Of a stretch of DNA of 64,000 nt, positions 1 through 12,138 are shown one piece after another. The DNA comes from Gekko japonicus (lineage: Eukaryota), in NCBI RefSeq assembly GCF_001447785.1, contig NW_015161423.1:1-64000 (forward strand), written 5' to 3'. Made by a program: the position numbers and the translations under genes. The notes below the pieces were generated by a model, which was not told the origin of the DNA, searched no databases, and saw only the letters and a list, made by a program, of their open reading frames with translations. Numbering within the stretch: position 1 is the stretch's first letter; every line of letters starts with the position of its first letter.

Positions 1-1225
1 ACGCCCTCTGTTCTTAAGGCTTGAAAGCATCCTATGTGAAATGCTGAGTATGTCTGCAGATTTGAAATGGGGCTGGTGTCAGGTTACAGCCTTGGACTTC
101 TAGGAGGAAGAAGCAAATTTCTTGGCCTGCCAGAAGGCTCAGGGTGAGACTCAGGGTGGATTATGCAATTAAACATGATGCAATAACAGCAGTACAGTAT
201 CAGCAATCCAATAACAGCAGTACTATCAACAATCCAATTAAACAAGATTACAAAATTAGAGTAGCACACTAAATAGTATACCATTAAAACAGTGTAATCT
301 GTACAACAAACAATGAAGCAAAACTGAATTACAGAATCAGAGAAGCAGGGCAACCGCATGTTCTATACAATGAACATGTGATTAACACTCTCTGAAAATT
401 CAGGGAGCAACTGTAGAATAGAGCAAGGCAGTGAAAACTACTTAAAATCTCACAGACAAGGCTTTAAGATTAGGGCCTGGGATCTCTCTTTTTCTTTTTA
501 AATATCCAGCCTAGTAAACTGGAGAACTCAAAAGCTTGCATACTGTTTCGTGTCATTTTGGTTGGTCCTACTAAAAGGTATTACCTTTGGTTTTTGAAGT
601 AATCAGTACATTTAGAAGAAGAAGAAGAGAAGAGATTGGATTTACCCAGTTGTTTGACTCATGGTACCCAGAGTAACCCTTAACAGAGAAATAAAGATCT
701 GTCTCAGAGACTGTCACGCATTATTTGAATTGGAGTGAGCTCTGACTCACAAAAGCCTTTTTGCCACAATAAATTCATTTGAAGTTTGGGGGAAGGGGAA
801 GGAGATCAGTGAGGGTGTGATGCTATAAAGTCCTCCCTCCAAAGCTTCCACAGATTTTTGTGGTCTAGAGAGCAGCTCTGATTCCTGGAGAACTCCAGGC
901 TTTTCCTGGAGGTTGGCATCCTTACCACTCATTTTATATTCTTTTGAGAGAGGCTCAGCTGAGAAATAACGGGCCCACAGTCAGCCAGTGAACTTCCTGG
1001 ATGAATGGGGACTTTAACGCAAGGCTCCTACATCAAATTCAATGCTCTATCCATGACATCACACTGGCTTTTAGACTTCAACAGATTTGTAGCTGATCTT
1101 TTAAGATTTATTCAGAAGTCCAAACAAATTAAATTAGGTTTACACCAAATACCTATACATAGGATTGCAAATGTAAATACTGTAGGTCCACCCATGCATT
1201 CAACAGTGCACAGGATACTCGAAAG

Positions 1226-1927
1226 CAGAGGTCATTTCGGGGGGGATCGCGGGGGATCGCAGTTCCCCCGGGTGAGGTACGGGGGGTGGGGCACATGACG
1301 AAGCCCCGCCCCCTGCTTCCAGCCGCCCCGCTTCCGGCCCTCATTCAGCCAGGAGGCAGGAGAAGANNNNNNNNNNNNNNNNNNNNNNNNNNNNNNNNNN
1401 NNNNNNNNNNNNNNNNNNNNNNNNNNNNNNNNNNNNNNNNNNNNNNNNNNNNNNNNNNNNNNNNNNNNNNNNNNNNNNNNNNNNNNNNGGCGCGCACTCC
1501 CCCCGGGTGGGGTGGGGGGGGCGGGGCACATGACGAAGCCCCACCCCCTGCTTCCAGCCGCCCCACTTCCGGCCCTCATTCAGCCAGGAGGAGGCAGGAG
1601 AAGAGGGAGGGTAAGTTGCTTCCTCCCTGCCTCTCCCCACCCCTGCCTGCCTGGGGCCAGGGGGGGCCTTCACGGGGCTTCCTTGCACTCCCGCCAGCCT
1701 TGCAGGTCCACCGCCGGGCCCCTCATGGGGCTTGGCAGTGGAGCTGCAAGGCCGGTGGCGGCGGCTGGGACAATTGGGGCAAGGGTGTGTGGCCTTATGA
1801 CACACTTCCGGTGATGTCAGGGGGTGTGGCCTTATGACACACTTCCGGTGATGTCAGGGGGTGTGGCATATGCTAATGAGTTATGCTAATGAGTTCCCCT
1901 AGTTCTTTTTCTACGAAACGACCCCTG
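1226..1927. mobile_element. Non-autonomous hAT transposon (MITE), interrupted by assembly gap
   Basis: Perfect 8-bp TSD CTCGAAAG (1218-1225, 1928-1935). 14-bp TIRs CAGAGGTCATTTCG and CAGGGGTCGTTTCG (reverse complement of right end). CpG-rich, with internal direct repeats. Confidence 0.9.
1367..1488. other. Assembly gap
   Basis: Run of N. Confidence 1.
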
Positions 1928-3499
1928 CTCGAAAGCATCTTAAATTTCAGTTGTAAACAAGAGTTTCTTTATGTGACAAATGTAAACTGGTTTAACTGGT
2001 TTAAGACAACTTCCTTTCAAGGATTTTGGAGAACTGTAGTATTCTAAAGAAAGTCTTCAGCTCAATCAAAAAGGTATCGTTTCTTGGGAGAAGCCACTGC
2101 TTTCAAAAAATGTTCATTTTTATATAGACACACGCCCTTATAATTCCCCAAAGGCAAGTTGCTGAGGTAAATTTTAACAAAGTGGTTAGAGCAGAAAACA
2201 GATAGCTCTCAAACATCATGATAAACTGGTGAATTGTTTTATTTGGGGAGATTATCGAATATATAGACACCTGCCTGCTTTAGTGACAAGAATGGAGCTG
2301 GGACCATGCGGGTGGAGTTGTTCTTCACTGGTCTTGTTCCTTTGGGTGGTGATGGAAATTTTGCTTTAGCCTCAGGCAGGAGAGAAGGTTCCGCCATGAT
2401 GGTATCTCAGATCTCCAATTCTAATATTCTGGTGGCCTAAGGCCTGAGGGTTTAATTTCTCTCTTAACACTGCCTAGCTGGAAAATTGCAAATCTTTTGT
2501 GCTTTTAAAAGCCTTCATTGTTTATTTTTAGACCATCTCAAGGTTACATAGGATGTTTCTCTCGGTTTTCAATTAATGATATATTTCACTTATCCCTCTT
2601 ACTTTAAAAGTCCCAGGAACTACACCAGCTGACAGGACTCCCTCTGTCTCCACTGGTTTCAAGTTTCTCATAAGAACTGCTTGTCCTTCACAAACACACA
2701 CTCTTGGAGTGTTATGCCACAAAAATAGTTTTGCCATGGAGTGCTGTTTCAGGCTGGGTGGTGTGACCTTTCTGGGCTGTTGAGAGACTCCCCTCAGGGA
2801 ATTCATTGCTGATAAAATCTCTACACAAGGAACAGCCACCCAGGACTGCCGCATACATTATTTCTGTTTCCTAAGTTCTTCATTTACAGACACATATAAC
2901 AAGTGAAAAAAAGTTGATACAGTAATTCATAACAGAAAACTGAGTAGTCAGTTTTATTTGTTATCTTATAAAACTCCACCATTCATCAATGCAATTGAGG
3001 GTAGCGTATATGGATCCTCATTTTATCCTTGCAACAGCCCTGTGAAGGAGGTCACGGCTGAGAGACACTGGTGGGGCCCAAAGTAACTTGATGAGCTTTT
3101 GACTGGCTGTGCCCCTATGGCTTTTAAACTACAAGACAAAAAGCTGATAGACATAAACTGAAACCTCAAGAAATACCAGAGACAAGGACTGAAATAATCG
3201 TACACATTACAAACATTAGAGCAATCTATTGTAGATAGCACATATGTGGATTGAATTGGACATCAGTTATCTAGTGTCATCTTTAGTACATTTTTGAACT
3301 TGAATTTAATTGATGTGTGGAAAGAATTAAGCTGGTCAGGGCTTTCCACATGGACGTTTTGTGAGTTTTATACCACAGGGTCAAGCTGGCTGTGAGAATT
3401 TTAACAGGGTTTCTTACTTTTGAGGTTTAAGAATCAAAGAACACACAAGGACTGCAGTTGCTGTTCACCAAGAAAATTAAAAAGGAGATTTTTTTTGGT

Positions 3500-3770
3500 C
3501 TCAGGATAGAGAGAACTTTCTGTTCCTCTCCCATAACACTAAAACTCAGGGACACCCAATGAAGTCAATGGGCAATGAATTCAGGACGGACTCAATGAAT
3601 ATTTAAATTGCGGGATTCACTGTTGGCGGATATAGCGATGGTTATGAGCATAGATGGCTTTAGGAGGGAATCAGAGTCGGGGAGGATAGGCCTATCAGTG
3701 GCTACAAGCCACGGAGACAAAATGGACCCTCCACATTCAGAGGCAGCCTCTAGATACCAGTGATGGGAGG
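3500..3770 (+). mobile_element. CR1 LINE 3' fragment
   Basis: Recognisable CR1 ORF2 end and 3'UTR (cataacactaaaactcagggacacccaatgaag...gcatagatggctttaggaggg...ggaggataggcctatcagtggctac). Confidence 0.65.
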
Positions 3771-4030
3771 CCACATCATGGAATTGGCTTGGCAGCCTCC
3801 CAGTGGGGACGAAGGATTCCCCTCCCCCAGCTCCCACTGCCTACCAGGACTGCTGTGGCTGGCCAAAGGAAATAACTTGTTTTTAAAAATCTCTGGTGGT
3901 GATAGTGATGGTTTTACCAGAGAATGGCCACCTTCATTCATGTTTTCTTTATGTCTTATTTTGAGACTTACAGATCCCCACAGTGCCTAACATATATAAA
4001 AGTATAATTAACAGTGCAATCCAAAAGAGA

Positions 4031-4236
4031 ACAAAGTTTGAGTCCAGTGGCACCCTTAAGACCAACAGCTGCCCCCCCTCCTTTCCCCCTGTAAGTAACC
4101 CTTGAGGAGATTTCATTCCAATTTGCCTGAAGAAGTACGCTTTGCACACAAAAGCTTACACTTTGGATAAAACTTTGCTGACCTTAAAGGCGCCACTGGA
4201 CTCAAACTTTGTCCTGCTGTTTCAGACCAACACCTG
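4031..4236 (+). mobile_element. Penelope-like element terminal repeat with inverted partial copy
   Basis: CTGAAGAAG...AAAGCTTA...aaaactttgctgaccttaaaggcgccactggactcaaactttg. Inverted arms 4031-4067 and 4176-4212 match 32/37. Flanked by aatccaaa(a)gaga direct repeats. Confidence 0.75.
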
Positions 4237-4266
4237 AATCCAAAGAGAGTTATACTCTGCTAAACC

Positions 4267-4467
4267 CAGAGGTCATTTCGGGGGGGATCGCAGTTCCCCC
4301 GGGTGAGGTACGGGGGGTGGGGCACATGACGAAGCCCCGCCCCCTGCTTCCGGCCGCCCCGCTTCCGGCCCTCATTCAGCCAGGAGGAGGCAGGAGAAGA
4401 GGGAGGGTAAGTTGCTTCCTCCCTGCCTCTCCCCACCCCTAGCTCTTTTTCTACGAAACGACCCCTG
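4267..4467. mobile_element. Internally deleted second copy of the 1226-1927 hAT MITE
   Basis: Same termini and near-identical left part; deletion joined at CCCCT; no TSD visible. Confidence 0.85.
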
Positions 4468-5219
4468 GCCACTGATTTAGGGTTGCGCTGTAGATTGTGT
4501 TTAGGGTATCTGTATTATAGGGATAATCGCAGGGATTCCCCTTCTGCCTCTCTCAGCATTCAGCTGGTGCTTCTTGGCTGTCCTAAGTGCAGCCGGTCAT
4601 TGTACAGGAGCCAGGAGGAATGCATGACTCAAAGCAGATTTGGCCTTGGGCAAAGGAAGTGACTCTCTGCCTGGTCATCCTTTCTGAGAGGGAGCTTTTT
4701 CCATTTACCACTATAATTACATTTTAGCTTTTCCTATAGTGTTTCCCCACCTCCATTCTTGACTGCTAATTTTTTTTTAAAAAAAAAATACAGATGCTAT
4801 AGTAGTGATGCGATCCTATTATTTAAACTTTTATTTAAGTGTGGTTGGAAACCCTACATTTTGATGTGAAATTCCTTCTGGTTGTCCCTCTTCTTGTCTT
4901 TGTGCAATTCCTATCTTTTGAGGCTGCAAATCAGGTCACTTTAAAACAAAGGGACACTATAACTTTCACATATGAATAGATTTGCTGAAGTGCAAAAAAA
5001 AAGAGGAGAGTTGGGGGTTTTTTGGTTACTATGGAAGACATGAAAAAGCTACCTGGCCAAGGCAGACCCTGCTGCCCAAATTACTCTGTGCAGTCTTTTA
5101 TGTCTTGCTGTAACAATTTATTTCCCCCAGGATCTGGTTTTTAAAAAGAGAATATTATGTTAAGGCATACCAAGAGTTTATCACCAACTGCTGCGATTAT
5201 ATGACTTTGACCCATTCTC

Positions 5220-6747
5220 TTTTTTAAAAAACAAACAACAACCCCGAAGGGATATTTCTTATTTTGCAATAGACTACAGAACTACAAAGAAAATATTGGG
5301 AGGGGAACGACAACTATGGATAAAGGAAAGATAACCACACTATGCTAAAACCCCAAGAGGAGGAGATCTTATCCCTGTTAATATAAGTGTTAGTACTAAA
5401 AGTGTTAATATCACAATATACTTGTAGAGTTCTTGTTTATCAAAGCTTCAAATGTGTTAATATGTTAGTTGTTAAGAGAGAGCTTTCTGATCATCATCTT
5501 GTTCTTCGCTTCAAAAGGCCATTTTCCGAGTCCTTTTGCCTTCACTTCGGCTTTCTGTCTCTAAAATCGTATACAGCTCTGGTGGGACCTGCTCCCGTTT
5601 CTGCAGCAGAGTCCTCTTCCATTCTAGAGGTGGCAGAGTTACTAGATTTCGTTTCTTCCTCCTTAGACTCTTCCTCTGTTCCCAGCTGACACCGCAAAAA
5701 CTCTTTGGCTTTGAAAGTGGAGTCTATCTTCTCTCTTTTATCGTTGATCTTAAAGATGACACCCTCCGGGACCGCCCACCTGTACGATATTCCATTAGTT
5801 TGTCGATTTTCAAATGGAATGCCTTTTAAAGTTTTTATGATTACATTTCCCATTTTCAGTAGAGTTGCTGAAGTCGCTTTTAAGACGGCATCTCTGGTTT
5901 GTCTTCTTGAGAATCTGACCACTATTTCTCCAGGCAGGCTATTTTTTTAATATAATTAGAGTATGCCCTGTAGACTAGCTCCATTTCTTTTACAAGCTCA
6001 TCTGCTGTTAAGCCTATTACTGGAGTGATGATCTCGCTAAGCACCTTCCTCAGGTCCTCCCGCTCTGCTTCAGGAACTCCCTGGAACCTGAGAATTATGT
6101 TAGCTTTTTCCATCTGTAACTGCAGCAAATGATTTTCTTGGACATTCTGCTTCATTCCCACTTCTCCCATTCTTTTCTTCAATTTCTTGCTAGTGGTGTC
6201 TATCTCTTTAATTTTCTCATTTGCCTGCTCCACTTTTTTCTCCATTTCATTCAGCTGGAGCTGTTGAGATGCAAAGTTCTTATTCATCACAGTCAATTGC
6301 TGGTTAATACCATCGAGTTGCTCCATCACCGGCTTGAGCATGTCCGCTCGCAGTTTANNNNNNNNNNNNNNNNNNNNNNNNNNNNNNNNNNNNNNNNNNN
6401 NNNNNNNNNNNNNNNNNNNNNNNNNNNNNNNNNNNNNNNNNNNNNNNNNNNNNNNNNNNNNNNNNNNNNNNNNNNNNNNNNNNNNNNNNNNNNNNNNNNN
6501 NNNNNNNNNNNNNNNNNNNNNNNNNNNNNNNNNNNNNNNNNNNNNNNNNNNNNNNNNNNNNNNNNNNNNNNNNNNNNNNNNNNNNNATCGAAGAGGCCAC
6601 CCCTCAAAAGCCCCCTGGTCTGGAGCCTATCGCAAAGGCTCCGTGGGGGTGGCACTTGAGGTGGCACCCCTCCAGGCCGCTGGTGTGCGGATCACTCTCC
6701 CACAGCCCGGGGAGAGTGTCCACCATCGCTGCTTCATAAACCGGAAG
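5220..6747 (-). mobile_element. L1-derived insertion carrying 5'UTR and ORF1 only (half-L1-like)
   Basis: 18-bp TSD TGACTTTGACCCATTCTC (5202-5219, 6748-6765). ORF1-like coiled coil followed by LRFQGVPE...DLRKVLSEII...IVVRF...YRWAVPEGVIF, split by a frameshift near 5942-5948. Short A tail; no ORF2. Confidence 0.85.
6358..6586. other. Assembly gap
   Basis: Run of N. Confidence 1.
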
Positions 6748-8692
6748 TGACTTTGACCCATTCTCATGGTAGAAAAGGGATTCCCCTTATTTCAGGATTG
6801 AAAGGGCTAAAAGATTTAAGCCTAATCCTAGTTTAGTAGTAGAAAAGATGTGAGAAGAATAAGGTAAATTCTAGAGACTTCAGTGCAGGAGAACTGGATA
6901 GTATTGCCTACCTCCAGATGGGGCATGGAAATAGGGTTACCATATTCTCTCGTTCCAGCAGGGGGATCTGGAGGGCACTGTGGGGGTGGGTGGGGATGCC
7001 CCCAAGCCCAACCCTCTCCCTCCCACTGACCAGATTTAAAGGGTTTCAGGTGATCCGTGGGGAGCACATGGCCTGCCGATCAGCTGGAGGGCCCTTTAAA
7101 TCTTTCAGAAGGGAGGGAGAGGGGCTGTCGCCGGCTGCATGCTCCACTCGCACAAAGGCTCTTTAACATAGATTTTCAAGAGATACTTACAACAGTTTCT
7201 TTGATTTCACCAAAAGAGTCCCTTAGTTCTCGGAAAGATATTCCACTCAGTTCACATTGGCCATTTGCCGCTTGGGATTCAGATGCGCATGCTGCCTCGT
7301 TATTGCTTCAGATGACTATGGCTAGAGCTCCACTGACAACCTGCAGCAGTAGGCCTGTGGGAAAGACTCTGTGACCTTAATGATACATAATAGTCCATTC
7401 AATTCACTTTGCCTCGTAATGTTCGCTTGGTTATCAGTGTGGCTGTGAGAGGAAGTTGGCTTGTAGTGAGAGACAGAAAAAGAATGGAGATGGGATATGC
7501 AATTTTCCGTTCCTTCCTTAGTAATATCAAAATATGTTGCAAACGTTTAATACATGGGTAATTCAACTAATGCAAAAGGAAGCCCCGTTGTAGATGCTAG
7601 AATTTTGCTTTATGCTTAGCAAGATATTGAAAGCAAGATATCACTGTCACTCTTCAAGCTATATTTAAGTCAGCAGTGTATTACCATATTTAGTAAGACC
7701 TATGAGCTCAAAATTGGGAGTCCTTTGTCAGCCACTTAACGGCTTGTGTGTCAACGTGCAGGAGGCATGGAGACCTGGTAGTCCACGCAGTGTTCTCGAG
7801 ATCTTGGAACTCCCTTCTGAATATACTCTGCTTGGGGGAAGGGAGAGAGGATACTGCTTCTCATTTTTAGAATTTCAGTGCTTTTTCGTTAATAAAAATG
7901 AGAAAATAAGGCAAGATAGTACACCATTTCTTTAAATAAACTGAAATTCCATCTGATAATCCAAGGATTTTTTTTAATTGCAAATATATTCAAGGGCATC
8001 ATTCTGCTCCAGCAGGGCCAAATTTAGGTTTGTGAAGGAGGCCCTAGTCACAACAAATGGCAACCCTTCATTACTGTGTCTGCTACACACAGGGGTACAG
8101 TGTGAATTGGTCCAAAACAATGTTTAAAATGCAATTTTTTATCTTTTACAGTTTGCAACTTTGTAGGCAGCTAAAAGAATTATTTGTTCAAAACCAGTGA
8201 AAACACCACCTAACTACTAAGTATTTATCCTATACACGTATTATGCTTATATAATTTTTTTTTTACTATGGGGGACACTTTGGCGGTGTTTTTGCATAGC
8301 ATTTTTTTTCTTTTTGAAGATTTTGAGGTCCTTGAAAATATGAGGCCTTAATTTCATGTCTAGACTGTCTATTGTATTTAGTCCTGAATTTAAACAAGGG
8401 GGCTGCTGGAGGACCTGAATTTTCTCCATGAAGGAGGTCCTCATCCAGTGATGTCAGAGGCACCCCAGGCCTGCTAGCTCTGAGTTTATCTCTGAATGGG
8501 GTCCTCATTCTTTCCTGTTGCACGGAAGTTTGGGTCCAAAGGACAGGAAGGTACATAGCAATAGAATTAGCAGCGGGCAACAGTTTGGGATCAGCATGAC
8601 ATCTTGTTCTTTCCCTTTTGCCATCTACCTGGCAGGGCTATGATGCCTCTTAATAAGCATATAGCTGAGATAAATTACTGGTGTTCAATTAT

Positions 8693-8935
8693 TTAGGGTT
8701 GTCAGCCAAACACTGACAACTGGCGGGAGGTGGTAGAGGTGGGGACATGTAAATACCTTCTGAAGCCCTTATGTCACTTCTGGAGAGACCCTGGAAGTGA
8801 TGTCATTGCACTGGTGTGACAAGTTTTGGGGTAGTCTTAGAACCCACCAACATAATGACACCACTTCCGGGGTCACACTGAAAGTGACATTGCAGCAGCA
8901 GAATGCTACATGTCCCCCTCCCATTTTCTCAAACA
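8693..8935. mobile_element. Degenerate TAGGGTTGCC-family (hAT-like) MITE
   Basis: tagggttgtca terminus and internal gtcacttc/gaagtgac palindromic units like those of the 39187 element. Confidence 0.45.
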
Positions 8936-9055
8936 TAGGTCATTATTACATTAACCTCAACATCCCAGTTATCTGTTCCACAGCAGTGGAGATTGTCATG
9001 TATAGTTGCATGCAACCTACACACAAGGAGCTGCAGAATGGAGAGCCAATGCAAC

Positions 9056-10082
9056 TAAGGATGGGTGTGAATGGGCTCAGAAACAAAAGCTTGTGATGAT
9101 CAAGTTCGTGGCAGATTACACCTGCATGAACTTTCAACAAACTTTTAAACTGTTGGTAGAGGTTCGTGCCAGTTTGTGAGCCAAGACATTCCCAAAGAGA
9201 CTGACTCCACTCAATCAAAATGTTTACAGGACTCCAAAGCAACAACTTGGAGGGCATGTAGAGGAGCATCCTTGAGGAGCATCGAGGGAGGTCCCCTGCA
9301 AATTTGATGTCTTCAGCTTGCACAGGATCCATTCTATATATTCCTGAATCTCGGTCATTTTGACAGGTGCAGGTTCAGGAGGTTCAGGAATGTATAGAAT
9401 GGATCCTGTGCACGCTAGAGGTACCGAACTTGCAGCAGACCTCCCCTGAATGGTCCTGTACATGCCCTCCAAGTTTCATGCCTCTAGCTTGCACAGAATC
9501 TATTCTATATAGTTGTACCAAACTTGCAGCAGACCTCCCCTGAATGTTCCTACACATGCCCTCCAAATTTCATGCCTGTAGCTTGCACAGAATCTATTCT
9601 ATATAGTCCTGAACCTCCTGCCCCTGTCAAAATGGCCACCTGCCAGCTGTCATTTTGACAGGTGCAGGTTCAGGAGGAGTGTATAGGATGGATCCAGTGC
9701 CAGCTAGAGACATCAAACTCGCAGGGGATCTCCAGCTGACTCTCCTCTATGTGTCCTCCAAGTTTGGTGAGGATTGGATTTACCTCCTGTCATTTCCCCA
9801 GAAAGCACTTTCCCTGGGGCACCTCTTTGGGGGGCCATAACTTGGTCCCCGCAAATCCAATCCTCACCAAACTTGGAAGGCAGGTAGAGGAGAGTCCGCC
9901 AGAGATTCCTTGCAGGTTTGGTGTCTCTAGCAAGCTGAGGAGCCATTCTACTGCCTCACAAACCTCAGGAATGGAACCACTTTGTGAGGCAGCTAAAAAT
10001 TTGTGACAGTTTGTGGTTCACAAATGGGGCATGTCACAAACCACGAACCGAATCACATTTTCCCGGTTTGTGCCCATCCCTA
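9056..10082. mobile_element. hAT-type non-autonomous element with internal tandem and inverted repeats
   Basis: 8-bp TSD AATGCAAC/AATGTAAC (7/8). TIRs TAAGGATGGGTGTGAA and TAGGGATGGGCACAAA (reverse complement of right end). Repeated gcttgcacagaatctattctatat units. Confidence 0.75.
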
Positions 10083-11784
10083 AATGTAACTCCATTGTAG
10101 CTAGAAGGCAATAAAGCAGCTTTGGTCAACTCCTAAAGGAGAAACAGAGCAGCTGGTCTTCCTGAGTTCTGTTTTTCCCATTCAGGTTGGGATGCTGGGT
10201 CAGCAGGATGCAGAGCCCAGTGGAGACTACTGAGAGACGTTCAACCTCATCCAGATCTTACCGGGTGAGGGAAGAAAGATCCTGTCCCTTCGTATAACAT
10301 TTAACTGTCTTCAGGTGTCCCCACAGTCTGAGAGATACTGGTTTAATTTTGGGGGGGAGCTGAAGACCAGATAATCTCAAAATCCCAGGTATCTTAATTT
10401 TTTCTCTCTCCACTGTAAAGCTTAGTTAATTGTGGCACATGTTTACAAGGATCATAACTAAATTGCTATGAGTCTATGTACGCTTACCTGAGAATAAGCC
10501 ACTGAATACAACTGGACTTTATGCTGAATAAATTAGCAATTATATTCTGCAAAAAAAGAAAAAAGTAACAGGATCACAGAACTGCACATAAATGCACTGT
10601 GGCTATAAAGAAATGAATTTTTCCACACCCATTTACTATCCAGGAAATCTTGTTAATTCCATATGCCCACCCAAGCACAGATCCCTTTCTTATGCAGGAA
10701 ACTAGCCATCCAGTGTAGGTTAACCACTGCTAGAAAATGTAAGAGAAAAGCTAGTTATTGCAGTCACAGGTCTATCGTGAAGTCTTCGGATCAGTAAGTT
10801 TCCTGCAATTGCATGCAGTCTGTTTTGTCTAAGAATTTTACCCACTCTTAGGAATGCTATCTTAACTTCGTAAAGCTGCTGCTCTGAAACTTCATACTGC
10901 AAAGAAGTATTCAGTCTTTATAGAGTCAAAGAACATTTTTTCCCAACAAGCCAATTACTGTTATTTTGAAATTAAAATGGGAGGTGGGGCTGGTTTCCTG
11001 AGATAAATATAGATTTTAAGTATTTCCTGTGGGAAAGATACGGCTTTGGTGTAAACTAGTTTAATGGGTCTTTCGCCCTGGTGAACCCTACGAAGTGTAG
11101 CTCTGCAAAGGGCTTCACTGCATGTTAATTTTCACTGGGCCTTCCCCAGGTCTGCCTGTATCTTGCAAGTTTGTTGTGGGAATTCAGTTTCCAGTCATAT
11201 GAGGCCTAATTCAAATTGGGAAGTACAGGATTCAAATGGCCCCAGCACACTATTTGCCTCCTTGGGGGGGGGGGGGGTTTCATGTATACTGACAAGGGTA
11301 CACCTATATTTCACCATTGAGCAAACAGTTTCCCCAAAGCCTAAGGCCACCAGTCCCCCTGGATGGAGCAGGGGATTTTCTCGCCTCCCCCCAGCTCCCA
11401 TGTGTTATAGCTACTTGGCTCCACAGTGGGAAGGAGGAGGGGAAAGGTCAGGCTGATGAAAGTAACATCAGACCTTTTTAGGAATCACTGTTGCTGATGC
11501 CCTTCCCTTCTCCCTGCCCCCCTAGTCTCCTGCTGGTTTGTCTGTCTGGCAGTTCCACACGCAAACCCAGTCCTTGCCCGCTGGCACCTGAAACACTGTC
11601 AGGAAGAAAGTGAGGGAAGATGGGGGTGCACAGTGGTGGAAGGGCTGTCATGAAATAGGGGTACATTCTACAATTTACCAAGAACTCTTAGCGTTTAGCA
11701 AATCCTAGAGTGCCTCTCCTGGCGTCATGACATCAGGGCCCTGGTGTGATGGTTGTGCATTTGTCCCCACCCACCAAATACTCC

Positions 11785-12138
11785 CAGGGATTGTCGGCTG
11801 TGGCCTGGCACCCCTGCTATGCAGGCTTCACCATTTCCTGCTGGGGGCAGGGGATTCCCTACCCCCAGCTCTCATTGATGCAATTCCTGCAGCCAGCAAG
11901 AGAAAACAATGTTAAAAAATTGCTGCTGGGTGGTGTTGTGACATCACCTCCACGGAAAATCTGGAAGAGATATCATTCCCTCTAGGTTTTGCCATAGAGT
12001 TTCTGGTAATGCCTAGAGAAGTGTGACATCACTCCCAGGTTTACTCTGGAAGTGACATTACACCATTGCCTGACATTGCTCTCCATGTTTCCACCCCTCC
12101 CCCCCCCCAGTCTCACCGGTTTGCTGCTGGTAACCCTA
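11785..12138. mobile_element. Degenerate TAGGGTTGCC-family MITE
   Basis: Termini cagggattgtc...ggtaacccta; internal tgacatcac/gaagtgac palindromic core. Confidence 0.5.

Noticed and set aside
9290-9720. CRISPR-like repeat-spacer array
   Set aside because: Eukaryotic DNA; the spacers are themselves repeated and lie inside a hAT element
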